Origin: Octopus sinensis
Taxonomy: Eukaryota
Reading direction: 5' to 3'
Length of the DNA: 64,000 nt
NCBI RefSeq assembly: GCF_006345805.1
Contig: NW_021836139.1
Span: forward strand, 124,001 to 188,000
The notes under the pieces were generated by a model. That model saw only the letters and a program-made list of their open reading frames with translations, was not told the origin of the DNA and ran no database searches. Positions 37,181-50,489 of this stretch are shown here, piece by piece. Position 1 is the stretch's first letter. Each line of letters opens with the position of its first letter. The translations under genes and the position numbers were made by a program.

Positions 37181-37787
37181 AAATATTAAGATATGTTAAT
37201 ATGTTAATATCAACATATGTTAATATTAGTTAATGTAAACCTAGATATACCATAATAGCAGGAATATTCTTTGATTCTAGGTCTGCTTGGGGAGAGATGG
37301 CCTGCAGTTAAAAAACAGCATATAGGATAAACGGAAAAGTGACCTTTACGAATTAGCAGCCAAATCTCTCTGAAATCCATTAGATAATCATTTATCTCCT
37401 TATATAGTTTTGATTTAGAGAGATAAATATTAAAAATGGTGTGATCATGTTATTCAAAAGCTTTTACTATATCTATTAAAACCGAGAAAATGCTTTTAAT
37501 AACCTCTTTTTTCTATTAGATTAAATGTCATCATCAGATTCTATAAGTTTCTGTCTTAGATGAATAGAATTTATTAAAACCATATTGATTGCTCTTAGAT
37601 TATTATCATTAAGATGTAAGTAGAATTGATTATAGATTATCAATTCAGTGAGCTTTGACATTACCAGTAGCAAAAGAATTTCAAGTTGTTTTTCTGTAAA
37701 TTAATTATCTCAAGTATTTCACAGATATTTACAGACTCGGTTTTAATTTTATCTTTAACACATTTAAGTCCAGAGTAGTCAGCAGCA

Positions 37788-38123
37788 GTGAGGGCGCGTG
37801 GCTTAGTGGTTAGGGCATTCGGCTCATGATCGTAAGGTTGTGAGTTCGATTCCCGGCGACGCGTTGTGTCCTTGAGCAAGACACTTTATTTCACGTTGCT
37901 CCAGTCCACTCAGCTGGCAAAAATGAGTTGTACTTGTATTTCAAATGGTCAGCCTTGTCACTCTCTGTGTCACGCTGATTATCCCCGAGAACTACGTTAA
38001 GGGTACACGTGTCTGTGGAATGCTCAGCCATTTGCACGTTAATTTCACGAGCAAGCTGTTCCGTTGATCGTATCAGCTGGGACCCTCGTCGTCGTAACCG
38101 GCGGAGTCTTAAGTCTTTAAGTA
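37788..38123 (+). mobile_element. tRNA-derived SINE family C with an 11-bp TSD (agtcagcagca, 37777-37787 / 38124-38134)
   Basis: A box 'tggcttagtggttagg', B box 'gagttcgattcc', CORE-like 'gtgtccttgagcaagacacttt'. The TSD was read directly. Confidence 0.9.
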
Positions 38124-39500
38124 AGTCAGCAGCAACCAATGTTTGTATTGTCTACAGGTGAAATTATTTGAAAATATTTTGAGCAAGAATTATACTTTAT
38201 ATTCTGAAATCGGTCTAAGAACACTATAAAAATTGGTCAGTGTGATGAGTTCATGCTGCTAGCTTATAAGTATTTAGCTATTTCCTAAAAGTTTACATGT
38301 TATATTAGTTTACGCATAATTGTAGCACATTTTTAATCGAAATGGAAATGTTTTTTTCTGAAACTTAAGCCTTTTTCGAAGCATAGAAATAAAGTTTATC
38401 GATTTTTCTTTATTTTAATACTGGTAATTATTTTATTAATCCATGAAAGATGAAAGAAGGAGCCAGCTCTGGTAAAATTGAAACTCATAAACATTTATTG
38501 AAAAATTAATGATTTATAATAATTATTGTTTATTCATAGAGGTTCAATGATTCATAAAAGAGGTATTCAGCCACAAATTTACTTAATATTTCCAAAGAGT
38601 CCAAATAGCTGCCAATATTTTCTTGTTATATCCACTGAAGACTTTAATTTATAGAAATATTAAATGTTTTTAAGAGAACTAACCTGTCACGGATAACAAC
38701 AAGCAATCGATTTCAACGTTCACGGCATCATTTCGAAGTTCCTGTTTCTCTTCTGTCACCATTAATTTTGGAAATAATCAAGAATTTAAACGGATTTACT
38801 GAAATAATTAACTTTTATATTTATTTCTATATCAAGCATGTGATAGAACATAACTTATTAAAAGATTTTATATGAAAGAACCAGGAGTGATTTCAGGTGG
38901 TTTAGTATCAAAATGGTTTATCCGAATTCTGAGCATTTTAGAGTATATTTAAACCAGAGTAGCTGGGTGTACCACGTTATAAATGCAATATCAAAGGACA
39001 CGATATACCAATGTTTTGTCATCTTGAAATTGGGAAGCACTGTCAGTATAATGCTGAAGTTGCTGGCAAGGATAAAAATATATTTAAAGACATTCACATT
39101 GCTTTTCGTCATGTACAATAATTTGTATATTTCGTGGCCTTAAAACACCGCCTAATTTTATTACAAGATACTTTGACAGTTTTCGTTTTTGCAGACCCTA
39201 CACCTATTTCTTATTTAACTTGGAAACCATTTATTTTCTGACTAGTTCTTTCATATTAATTTTAGGGAATTGTGCATTTTCATTATAAGCTCACTCGGTA
39301 AAAATATTTTTTTGCATTCATTTCAAATGTAATGCTGTGAAACAGCTTTTCTCCATACGATATCGCATGCTTTCTCTTAATAAAGCCTGAAGACATTGAA
39401 GAATGCCGTCCTAGATATAAAAAAAAAGATGATACGTTATTTACAGGAATGCACTTGATTATTAATGTACTTACTTAATGTTGACCTGGAGTTAAACAAG

Positions 39501-39923
39501 TTTCTTATTTCTTTATTGCCCACAAGGAGCTAAACAGAGAGGGGACAAACAGGGACAGACAAAGGGATTAAGTCGATTACATAGACCCCAGTGCGTAACT
39601 GGCACTTAATTTATCGACCCCGAAAGGATGAAAGGCAAAGTCGACCTCAGCGGAATTTGAACTCAGAACGTAGCGGCATACGAAATACCTATTTCTATTT
39701 CTTTATTACCCACAAGGGACTAAACACAGAGAGGACAAACAAGGACAGACATAGGTATTAAGTCGATTACATCGACCCCAGTGCGTAACTGGTACTTAAT
39801 TTATCGACCCCGAAAGGATGAAAGGCAAAGTCGACCTCGGCGGAATTTGAACTCAGTACGTAGCGGCATACGAAATACCGCTAAGCATTTCGCCCGGCAT
39901 GTTAACGTTTCTGCCAGCTCGCC
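39501..39923 (-). mobile_element. SINE family B dimer
   Basis: Same junction 'cgaaatacc|tatttc' at 39689/90. Confidence 0.92.
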
Positions 39924-41413
39924 TAAACAGGTTTCTGGTGTTTATCTTGTTATATTCTGGGCTACAGCTTCCTTTCTTCCATTTTATATTGCATCCCGAT
40001 AAAAAAAAATTCCAAAATGTACAGTATAGCATCATGTCAGCTGGCTTTTGCTCCTCTGTAAACTGTATCATAATGTTTTTACCTCGTCTAATAAATCCTT
40101 TAATCTACAGTTGTTGATTTTGCCTTGTTTTTACCCTTTTTACACTTGAACTGATTATACTGCAAATACTTATGTGTAACTTTTGTTTTAACCTATAGCA
40201 TAATTTTGAAAAGAATTATAATTGTTAGAAGAACGGCCTTATGACATATACACCAGTGACTCCAATAATATGTGAAACTCGTGAATACTTTTTAGTGATA
40301 CCAAATATAAAATTATATAAATATTTTACTTAATTTGCCTTATAGATAAGGAAATATCTGCTTCATTTTATATAATTTGTCACTTGTTTAATTCAAGAAT
40401 ATAATATCTTGCAACACTGTGTACTTGAGATGATTTTAAAGTTAAATTGGAAAGTATAGAAGTATAAGGTATATGTTTACATGGCTGTATATTATATTAA
40501 TAATTTAAAATACAAGATATGAATATTTAAGAAAATAATATCAAAAAATATTTAAGTCACTAAATCACTTCTCAATAAACCTGCCTTGTCTTGTTACATA
40601 TTGTAGACTGACGTTTTTTTTTTTTCCTTTTTTACTTGAATATCATTTCTAATCATAATTACTCAACAAGTAATTGTGAATATATTGTATTTTTCAGCGA
40701 GATTAACTGAAACAATCTGATTGATACCTTGTCAAGAGACGCAATCCACTGGCTGGCTGAAAACAGATTTTAAATTCTGAGCTTGTCAACAGATGCTAAA
40801 TTTTTTTTCTCGAAGCAAGAATTTTGGCACTAATTGCTGTTTTGAAATTGTTAACATTTCATTTTATAGGAAATGTTTTCTTGTCCAACAAATATTGCCA
40901 ATATTATAAAATTCATTTGGCTCACATGATTGAATCTTACTTATCCGTTCATTTCATTTATGTCTCTGTTTGAGAATTGTATTTTATATATTGTTAGAAG
41001 ATGTGGTTCATGATCAAAGAATTTACAGCTAATCTGATAAATATGTTATTAATGAAGAACATTTCGTTTTAAATCTGTGTTGGTAATATTGGTTTCGAGC
41101 GACTCAAATCATTGAAATGACAAAATAAATTTGAAATAGATTAAATTCCACTCACCTAAAATTAAAGAAAAAGAAAAAAAAGAGGCGTTCGAATCATTAT
41201 GCCGCTCTTATTTTGAATAACGTGATGTTCAAATTTACTTTTAAATGATTGATGTATAAAATTTCATTTATAATTCCTTGAATGTTTGTGAATTTTCTAA
41301 CTAAAAATGCAATATATATATATATTCGTTGACAGATTATCTATCTGTTTATTAATTGATAGTTAAATATTCTATATATATTCGATATATTCCTATTGAA
41401 GACCGGTGATTGT

Positions 41414-41458
41414 CGTGCGCTGACGACGGGTAAATACGCAGAAACCCGGGTCCGTGCG
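41414..41458 (+). ncRNA. Minimal type I hammerhead ribozyme, canonical core
   Basis: CGUGCG-CUGACGA-C GGGU aaau ACGC A-GAAA-C CCGG G-UC/CGUGCG. 6-bp stem I (2 G-U), palindromic ACCCGGGU stem III, GUC site ending at 41452; one mismatch inside stem II. Confidence 0.7.
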
Positions 41459-41880
41459 TATCACGTCAGGTCGAAGATGGGAAGGATGGCTTCCCTTTGC
41501 AAATACTGATAGGGCACAGAAAGTGTGTCAATAGCCAGCTGGAGAAGATGTTCTCCTGGGGCTACAAGCTACAGTAGCATCCAACCTTTGTGGTTAGTCA
41601 CATTTATGTGGCAAATATACTTCGTATTCTATATATAGTTTAATGAATATGTTATCAATATATAAAATTATATGGACGTCTACATAGCCGTGTGGTTAAG
41701 AAGTTTGGTTTGCTAAGATATAGCTCTGGGTCCAAAAACACTACACGAAAGGCAATAGTGTATGTATGTGTGAGTTGTGTGCCTTCGTGTACACCAGCTA
41801 AATGTGTCAAGTTACGTCACTTCATCGGAAAGAAAGGTACAATTCTCTATAAAAATAAACTAATTGTCTAACTAATACCT

Positions 41881-42311
41881 ATAGGCGCAGGAGTGGCTGT
41901 GTGGTAAGTAGCTTGCTGACTAACCACATGGTTCCGGGTTCAGTCCCACTGTATGGCGCCTTGGGCAAGTGTTTTCTACTATAGCCTCGGGCCGACCAAA
42001 GCCTTGTGAGTGGATTGGTAGACGGAAACTGAAAGAAGCCCGTCGTATATATATATATAAATATATGTATATATTGTATATCATGTATGTGTATATGTTT
42101 GTGTGTCTCTGTTTGTCCCCCACAACATCGCTTGACAATCGATGCTGGTGTGTTTACGCCCCCGTAACTTAGCGGTTCGGCAAAAAGAGACCGATAGAAT
42201 AAGTACTAGGCTTACAATGAATAAGTCTTGGGGTCGATTTGCTCGACTAAAGGCGGTGCTCCAGCATGGCCACAGTCAAATGACTGAAACAAGGAAAAGA
42301 GTAAAAGAGTA
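41881..42311 (+). mobile_element. SINE family A, full length
   Basis: tRNA head 'ggcgcaggagtggctgtgtggtaag...gggttcagtcccac', CORE-like 'ccttgggcaagtg', internal (TA/TG)n and tail 'gactgaaac...aaaagagtaaaagag'. Confidence 0.93.
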
Positions 42312-42777
42312 ATGCATTCATTGATACTTCCCGACCATACCTGCCAGTATGTGAGTTTTAGTTTTGCGTTTGTAGATCACTCTGCATTGAATTTTTGCAG
42401 CTACTGCTTTCGGTAAATTCACACTCACGACTGTCATCATGCAAAATAAAAAGGTTTTACTGATGGTTATTTTTTACCTGGAATACTTTTATGCAATATA
42501 AGTTCAATTTTTTTCCTTGGGCGTTCTGTATGATTTGCAAGAGAAATACACCTTGCTACGAAGCTTATTTACCTCCTCCCTTCGAATATTTATTCGTTCC
42601 AAGCTAATTATCTCTCTTGTCGCTCTTTCTTTGATGCATGAACGTATGCACATAAGTCAGAGACACCGAGTAAAGCATTAGTATCTTATGTGTACGCATG
42701 TATGTATATTTATATGTACACACAGAAACTCATACATATATACTTACATATATATATATACTTATACACACATTTAT

Positions 42778-42822
<45 letters not shown>

Positions 42823-42828
42823 ATATAC

Positions 42829-42967
<139 letters not shown>

Positions 42968-43590
42968 CATATATACATATACATAGATGTATATATATGT
43001 GTGTGTGTATACGCTCATAGATATTTGAAGGCAAAGGTCCTTTTACTGGTATGTAAAAACGTAAAAACATCAAGAAAGTTGACTTCTAAAATACCAGCTA
43101 TTAATATCTTCGGAAACAACAACAGTGATACAAATAGCGGGTTTTGCCTTGTAGCCAACTGAAGAAAGCAGCTGATATGTTTGAAACTTGTTAACTCTTT
43201 TCATTGGAGCTTATTCACAACGTTTGGCACGAATTTGGATAAGCAAATATATTTAGACATGGAATGTGTATGGCAATACTAACTTTGTGTAACAATATGT
43301 GGCAGAGGAAAAACACCTCGGGATGTTTTATGCAGCATGATATATGTATACATAGATATATATAGCACATACATACACACATGCCAGCATAGATACGTAT
43401 GTGCGTGTGTGTGTGTGTGTGTGTGTATGTGTATTAGTTATTAGCGACGGAAGCAGTATGAAGTGAATAGCATTCTTTATATCCAACACAGCGTGAATAT
43501 ACTTTAGGAACACTATAACCTGCAGAATTCGTTCCGAGAAAACATTTTGTATCGACATATAGAGCTAAACAACGCAGAATATCTGTAGTA

Positions 43591-43935
43591 GGTATTTCGT
43601 CTGTCTTTATGTTCTGAGTTCAAATTCCGCCGAGGTCGACTTTGCCTTTTATCCTTTCGGGGTCGATTAACCAAGTACCAGTTACGCACAGGAGTCGATA
43701 TAAACGACTTAATCCGTTTGTCTGTCCTTGTTTGTCCTCTCTGCGTTTAGCCCTTTGTGTGTAGTAAAGAAATAGGTATTTCGTCTGTCTTTATGTTCTG
43801 GGTTCAAATTCTGCCGAGGTCGACTTTGCCTTTCATCCGTTTGGGGTCGATAAATTAAGTATCAGTTGCGTACTGGGGTCGATCTAATCGATTAGCCCCC
43901 TCCCCCAAAATTTCGGGCCTTGTGCCTAAAGTAGA
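43591..43935 (+). mobile_element. SINE family B headless dimer; second unit has a different tail
   Basis: Starts exactly at the multimer junction base (ggtatttcg, 43591). Second junction 'aagaaata|ggtatttcg' at 43774/75. Confidence 0.88.
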
Positions 43936-43983
43936 AAAGTATATTGCAGTTTATGGGACCCTTGAAGTATATATACGTTAAGT

Positions 43984-44094
<111 letters not shown>

Positions 44095-45124
44095 TGAGTT
44101 TATTTCTGTAGGAGTAAGTGCGTTGGTTCAATCCACTCTATGGAAAACTATTAAATCTATGCAGTAGTTTTCGTTGTTCTTTCCAACAAAGATATGTTGT
44201 TGCTCCTGTTGGTCACAAACTAACTTACCTACAAGCAGCATGGTGTATATTTTTAACTATTCTCCAAATTCAATCGTTTTAATTCGACCACAGTGTCCCC
44301 ATAGTGATATTTATAGTTGCATACAGGGCTTCCTTTGAATGCAAGCCTCTTTTGAATTATATCTCCTCGTTTCATATACATAACTTTATAGATTTCAATC
44401 AGGCTACAACACTTCAATATTCTTCGCTCCCCCAGTATTTACTCAATCACCTTCATATAACTCGCATATATAAAACTCACCCTACGAGTACGCGCATTCC
44501 TCTTTATATTTATTTATGCGTCTTTGAATTTCGTAAAATAACAATACCCAGAAGATTATATAAAGAAGTGCTGTTACACAGCTCAAGTGCAATATCACAT
44601 CTTGCATGAATATGCACACGTAGTGGGCCACATATAAATACTGATCTGTGTATGTGTGTGTGTGAAACCTAGTCTGTCATTTCTCACATCTTACTTCAGT
44701 AAATAACCACCAATCGGATGCCAGCATCTTACTCCACACACCCTTTCAAAATTATCCACAGTCTCAGGAGAAGTAAAGGTAACTCTCGAAACATGTATTT
44801 ATACAATGCATGTATCTATGCTCGGAACCATTCCAAAGAATATCATCAAGAAAGTGATACCTGAATGTGTTGTTTTCTTATACTGATGAACACCATCAAA
44901 GCATGCATATGTAAACCAACATACTTTGGCTGAGATCGATTGAAAAACCTCGATATACGCATCTACAGAGAACTCTTCACTACAATGCAATTGGCTTCTC
45001 TTTATGTTTTGTCTACAAACCCTGAATATTACGTTGAGTCAAAAGTTTTGCAATATTTTGTTAGCTTATTTGCTATATTCAAACTACAACAAAAAAGCTA
45101 CTTCTTTTAAAGATTGTGAAGGAC

Positions 45125-45274
45125 CAGGCGTAGGAGTGGCTGTGTGGTAAGTAGCTTGCTTACAAACTACATGGTTCTGGGTTCAGTCCTTGGGCAAGTG
45201 TCTTCTACTATAGCCACGGGCCGACAAAAGCCTTGTGAGTGAATTTGGTAGACGGAAACTGAAAGAAGCCCGTC

Positions 45275-45318
<44 letters not shown>

Positions 45319-45559
45319 TGCGCCCTTTTAAAGCCTAGCCAGGCTCATAGGCCCGGTTTCCCGGTTTCTATGGCGTATGTGTTCCCCAGCTGGACGGGAC
45401 GCCAGGCCATCACAGCATTACTCATTTTTGCCAGCTGAGTGGACTGGAGCAACGTGAAATGAAGTGTTTTGCTCAAGAACACAACGCGTCGCCCGGTCCA
45501 GGAATCGAAAACACAATCTTACGATCATGGTGCTGACACCCTAACCACTAAGCCATGCG

Positions 45560-45594
<35 letters not shown>

Positions 45595-45611
45595 TTCAAT
45601 ATATATATATG

Positions 45612-45645
<34 letters not shown>

Positions 45646-45880
45646 TGTATGTATATATGTATGTGTGTGTAAATGTTTGTGTCTGTATTTGTCTCCCCCA
45701 ACATCGCTTGACAACCGATGCTCGTGTGTTTACGTCCCCGTAACTTAACGGTTCGGCAAAAGAGACCGATGGAATAAGTACTAGGCTTACAAAGAATAAG
45801 TCCTGGGGTCGATTTGCTCGACTAAAAGCGGTGCTCCAGCATGGCCACAGTCAAATGACTGAAACAAGTAGCAAAGAGAG
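45125..45880 (+). mobile_element. SINE family A interrupted within its internal microsatellite by a family C-headed SINE (45320-45560, minus)
   Basis: Head 45125-45275 and tail 45660-45880 enclose 'catttttgccagctgagtggactggagcaacgtgaaat...ctaaccactaagcca'. Confidence 0.88.
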
Positions 45881-47644
45881 AAAGAGAGAGATCTAGATTT
45901 TGCAGGAAAGTTTACCTTTTAAGATTCAGGAAACACCAGACAACAATTGAAGCGACGTTTAATTTGACTAAATTATTTTTCGTCTTCTGCTTAGATTGGT
46001 TGTGCTACTATTTAGTCTAATTATGCGACATATTTTTCTGTAATATTCTTTGCAATATTTCACAATGCATTTAAACGGTATTTCATCGCAGGATATATGT
46101 GACAAGTTTACTAATGCTGCCATATACACATATTAAAATAGTAGACATTTTGTTTGGGCGTTCATGATTTCAGGTTTACGAATCTGTTTAAAATGTTAAT
46201 TATACTAATGATAGTGCTGGCGGTTATTAGGTTAAACTCATTAACTCTGCCCGTTAGATTTATTTTGAATCTATCTAGCTGGAGATAAATTTAATTAAAC
46301 TGTCATATCTATAAATCTTGGCTTTATTTGAAACATTTCAGAATCTGTCCCTTGCCATGTCCCATGGGAAAATACAACGTATCATACAAAAGACACATCC
46401 ACTAAACGAAAGGAAAGGAACGATATCAAATTGCAAACGCCAAAATACATTTATCTTTAAGAAATGGTCAGAAATTCAAACAGAAAAAGGGAGCCACCAA
46501 GAAACCCCATACAAATACAACCAGGCCAAAACATACATACAAGAATCGAATCATAAATATAAACAACCTACCTATAGGGTTGTGGCTGATCGGAAGAGGT
46601 GACAGTCTGGAAGGGATATTCTCGTCGCTCCTTTCTGCCAACGGGTAGCCCCACGCTGTTAAATGGCGGTGCCCCAGCATGGCCACAGCTCGTGAATGAA
46701 ACTAGAGAAAAAAAATTTTTTAAACCAAGCATAGAGTACACCACGTATACATACACAGAACAAATTAAAAACAAGCTTTGAACAAAACACATACACACAT
46801 ACGCACACGCACCACAAATATACTGAATTATAAGGACTGATATACGAGAATAAATAAAAAAAAACTTAACTAAAGCACGCGCATGCGCACGAGCAAGCAT
46901 ATATAAAGATTTATAACTAAAAAAATCTTTACTAGGTTTTATACTAAAATAAGCAAGCAGAAGCACTTTCATTAGTTTAACAGACAAATCCAATAAGTGA
47001 CATCATATACTCACACTCCGACCACAAAAGAGAAGCTTTAAACTTGTGTTCTTGACCAAAACAAAATTCAAAACATCAGCAAAACCACTCATCCATGAAA
47101 TTCCATAACAATATAGAAAATTCTTAACTTCTTCCATAAGTACATACACTTTTAATTAGTTTAACAATATATCATAAAGGTAAATTCACAGCCAATTGCA
47201 ATAAAAATGAAAAAAGTAAAACATAAATATATTCTGCCAACAATATAATACTGAAAACCATCCTCAAAACCCTCTAATCTTAACCATTCCGACCCCGACC
47301 AAAATATTTACATCAATAACACCAAATACCAGTCTACTGTGAACTTCAGTATTTCGAACATAGTATAGTACGCATCACGCATTCCAAATAAGAAAACGGT
47401 GTTACCCCAAAGGCAAACAGCCTTAATTAGATTAACAAATTGATACAGTAATGAACGCCAAACTACATGCACACAAAAGAAAAAAAGTGAAGAGGAGCAA
47501 ACAAGAAAGTACATCCACATCAACGAATACAAATATTCAAGCAATGCGAGTACTAACATTTCTCCCCTCAGGAATCACAGTGGTTTGAAATTTGAATCAC
47601 AAAATAAAATAAACACATTCACTAAAATACCTAACTATGTTTTA

Positions 47645-47832
47645 TAGATCGCAAGCCACTACACATTCTTTATTTTCTCTCCTTGTTTCTTTCTGTGTTC
47701 CTCTCTGTGGAAGAGCGTAGGCTCGAAACGTTAAAGACTTTTTCACTTCCCGAGCGTTATACTAATACATCTGTTTGTTGTCTACACCACCTGTCTTCGT
47801 TTTTTTTGTTTTACTTTTTTTTTGTGAATTCT

Positions 47833-47835
<3 letters not shown>
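47645..47835 (+). mobile_element. Short hammerhead-bearing repeat ending at (TA)n; second copy at 58836-59028
   Basis: Both copies run from 'tagatcg..agccac' to 'ctccc' followed by (TA)n and share ~85-90% identity by eye. Confidence 0.8.
47701..47736 (+). ncRNA. Minimal hammerhead-like motif, A6U core, loopless stem III
   Basis: CUCU-CUGUGGA-A GAGC guag GCUC-GAAAC-GUU/AAAG. Confidence 0.5.
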
Positions 47836-47889
<54 letters not shown>

Positions 47890-47891
<2 letters not shown>

Positions 47892-48400
47892 CTTTAGTTC
47901 TCTAAAGTGCTTCAGCTTTAAAGCTGGGGTCATGTTGGGCACCCCTATTGGCTGTGTTGCATCATTATTTGAGACCTTCTCAGATATGTAGCATTTGGTG
48001 AATGAGGGAGTTTGATGTTGCTGCCTTCCTCTGTGTTTCCTGCCGTTAGGTAGATTCATCTGGAACCCCTTGACAGGAAGACATCCAGCTTTGTTTCGAA
48101 GACACCTACATCCATACTATGCAGGTCTCACAGGCATTTTGTAAGGATATTGAAAACTGCGGGTCCTAGAAAATCAAGCTGTTGCCGTATCTAGTCCTGT
48201 GTTTTGATGGTGATTCTAGGATCTTTGGCATTATGCAATGGCACCCCATTCTTCTGTTTGTGTAATTTTCAATGCTAAAGTTTGGTACAAGGCCTTCCAA
48301 GATTTCCCAGATGTATGTTACTGCATACCTTTCCTGCCTTCGTTCTAGGGAGAAGGGTTTGAACTCTTTCAGTCTTTCCCAGTAGCTGATATGATGCATT
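47890..48400 (-). mobile_element. CR1/L2-group LINE 3' coding fragment
   Basis: 'ISYWERLKEFKPFSLERRQERYAVTYIWEILEGLVPN...GPAVFNIL...FETKLDVFL' is the typical post-RT region. Confidence 0.7.
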
Positions 48401-48864
48401 GAGACGATTTTCTTTGTCTACCACTATAAATACATACATCCAAGAGAACAAAACAATAATGTCAATATTGCACGTGTTTTAAACATTTAATAAGCTAAAA
48501 ATGGCAAAAAAACAACAACGAGTAAACGACACATTTTGTAGTTTTAAGTATTCAATATTCACCTAATGGGGAAAAAAGAATAAACACATTTATATCCTGG
48601 AAGAATCGACTCCAGTATCGATTCTTCAAGTGTGTCACAGGAAAACAGTGTAAAGTATCAGTTTGTAAACACAACGCAAACACGTGGCTGGGCAGGACAG
48701 CAAAAGACGGGTAAGCAAGTTTCACAGCAGCTCGGCTTGTTACTATCGAAGCAGACACCTATATGTCTATGTCTTTCAACTGGCTAAAGTTACTCCAGAT
48801 GGGAGATCAATTGGGGAAAAAAAATTGAAGAAATTGAAAAGTGGCAAGCAAACAGAAAAGATCC

Positions 48865-48914
<50 letters not shown>

Positions 48915-48921
<7 letters not shown>

Positions 48922-49211
48922 AACCGACTAGACTATCAGATGTTGCTACACAGCGCTGGCCACAATGCGCTTCGCATTGTTTTAGCCTTGAAATGACGCC
49001 ATCCCGCTGGCTAAGCGAGCAGACCAACAAAAGAAAGAGTGAGAGAAAGTTGCGACGAAAGAGTACAGCAGGGATCGCCACCACCCCAGCCGGAACCTCG
49101 TGGAGCTGTTAGGTGTTTTCGCTCAATAAACACTCACAACGCCCGGTATCGGAATCGAAACTGCGATCCTGCGATTGTGTGTCAGCTGCCCTAACCACTG
49201 GGCCATTGTGC

Positions 49212-49215
<4 letters not shown>
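48915..49215 (-). mobile_element. tRNA-derived SINE (family D)
   Basis: Minus-strand A box 'tggcccagtggttagg' and B box 'agtttcgattcc', followed by a distinct body. Confidence 0.75.
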
Positions 49216-49285
<70 letters not shown>

Positions 49286-49302
49286 TATATATATGTATGT
49301 AT

Positions 49303-49342
<40 letters not shown>

Positions 49343-50489
49343 TTTGAGAGAGAGAAAGAATTAATAATATGCAAAAATTGTGGCATACGAGTTCAGTTCT
49401 ATCCCGATTTGTGTATACTATAAATAACTATGGGCTATTATTCTAGTTATATTGCGAAAAATGTATAGCCAACCATGAATATAATGTCAAAAGTAATGAA
49501 GCTGATCTTTTTCTGGTCAAACTAGAAAGAGGAATCGCGTGGTTTTTACAAGAAAAGATTAAGATATATTCATATATATAAAAAAAAAACACGCGCGCAC
49601 ATACTTATAATTTTACCTTACATCACTAGTGAATTTTCCACGTAGTACCAAATTACTGTATTTATCTAGTTATCTATCTGTTTTCTGTGTTTCAAACAAT
49701 TTATTTGCCAAATATTCTTATAAAAATTGCAATCGCGTCTGTTATGAAGAATTCAATTTCCTTTTGTTTATGTAAATTTTATGTTAAAGCATTTTATCAG
49801 CTTTGTAACAAACACTTCCTGAAAGTATATTCCTCCGACAGCACATAAAAGAAATATGACACCAAATATCAATTTTTTCCATCCTTCAATACTTCCCCAA
49901 AGAAGATCTTGTCTGTAGATGGTAACCTTAATTGCTCGCCTATTTTTCTTCTTCTGACCTTAATTTTAACGTCTACTATCATGTTCTAATATCTATATCA
50001 GACAGCTGCTTTAAGTAATAGGAAATTCATATTTTACTTTCCAATTCGAAGATTAAGCTTTCTATCGTGTATTACTATTGGTAGTGGCAGCGGTGGTGGT
50101 GGTGGTGGCGCTGGTGGTTGTTGTGGTAGATTTTAATTTGATATGAAATAATTATATATCTTCCATTCTTCGGGAAAATATTGCTGTCAGATTTAGGGAG
50201 ATGAGCTGAAACATTGTAAGCGAAAACATGAGAGATTTAATGTAACGTTATATTCCTCATCATCAACATAATTATCATCATAGAAATCAGAAGATAAAGA
50301 TAGAGATACAGCCAAGACTTGAATAGAACTTTAGACTTCAGATTGCGACCACTTCGTGAGGTGTATACAATTATATGTTTAAGGAATGTAACACAAGAAA
50401 CCAGTTTAGTGGATACCGTCATTTGATGCTGTTATTAGATAAAAAAAAAACATTGGTAAAAATGCATGTTTTTTTTTTAATCTAATAAC

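Noticed and set aside
37790-37860. tRNA-like A/B boxes (also at the heads of other SINEs)
   Set aside because: These are SINE heads continuing into CORE-like bodies and tails, not tRNA genes.
44760-44805. CTCAGGA...CTCGAAACATGT motif
   Set aside because: G5C core change, no valid NUH/stem I pairing.
47230-47580. Possible second L1/Tx1 C-terminal fragment on minus
   Set aside because: No diagnostic motif could be read; too decayed to support.
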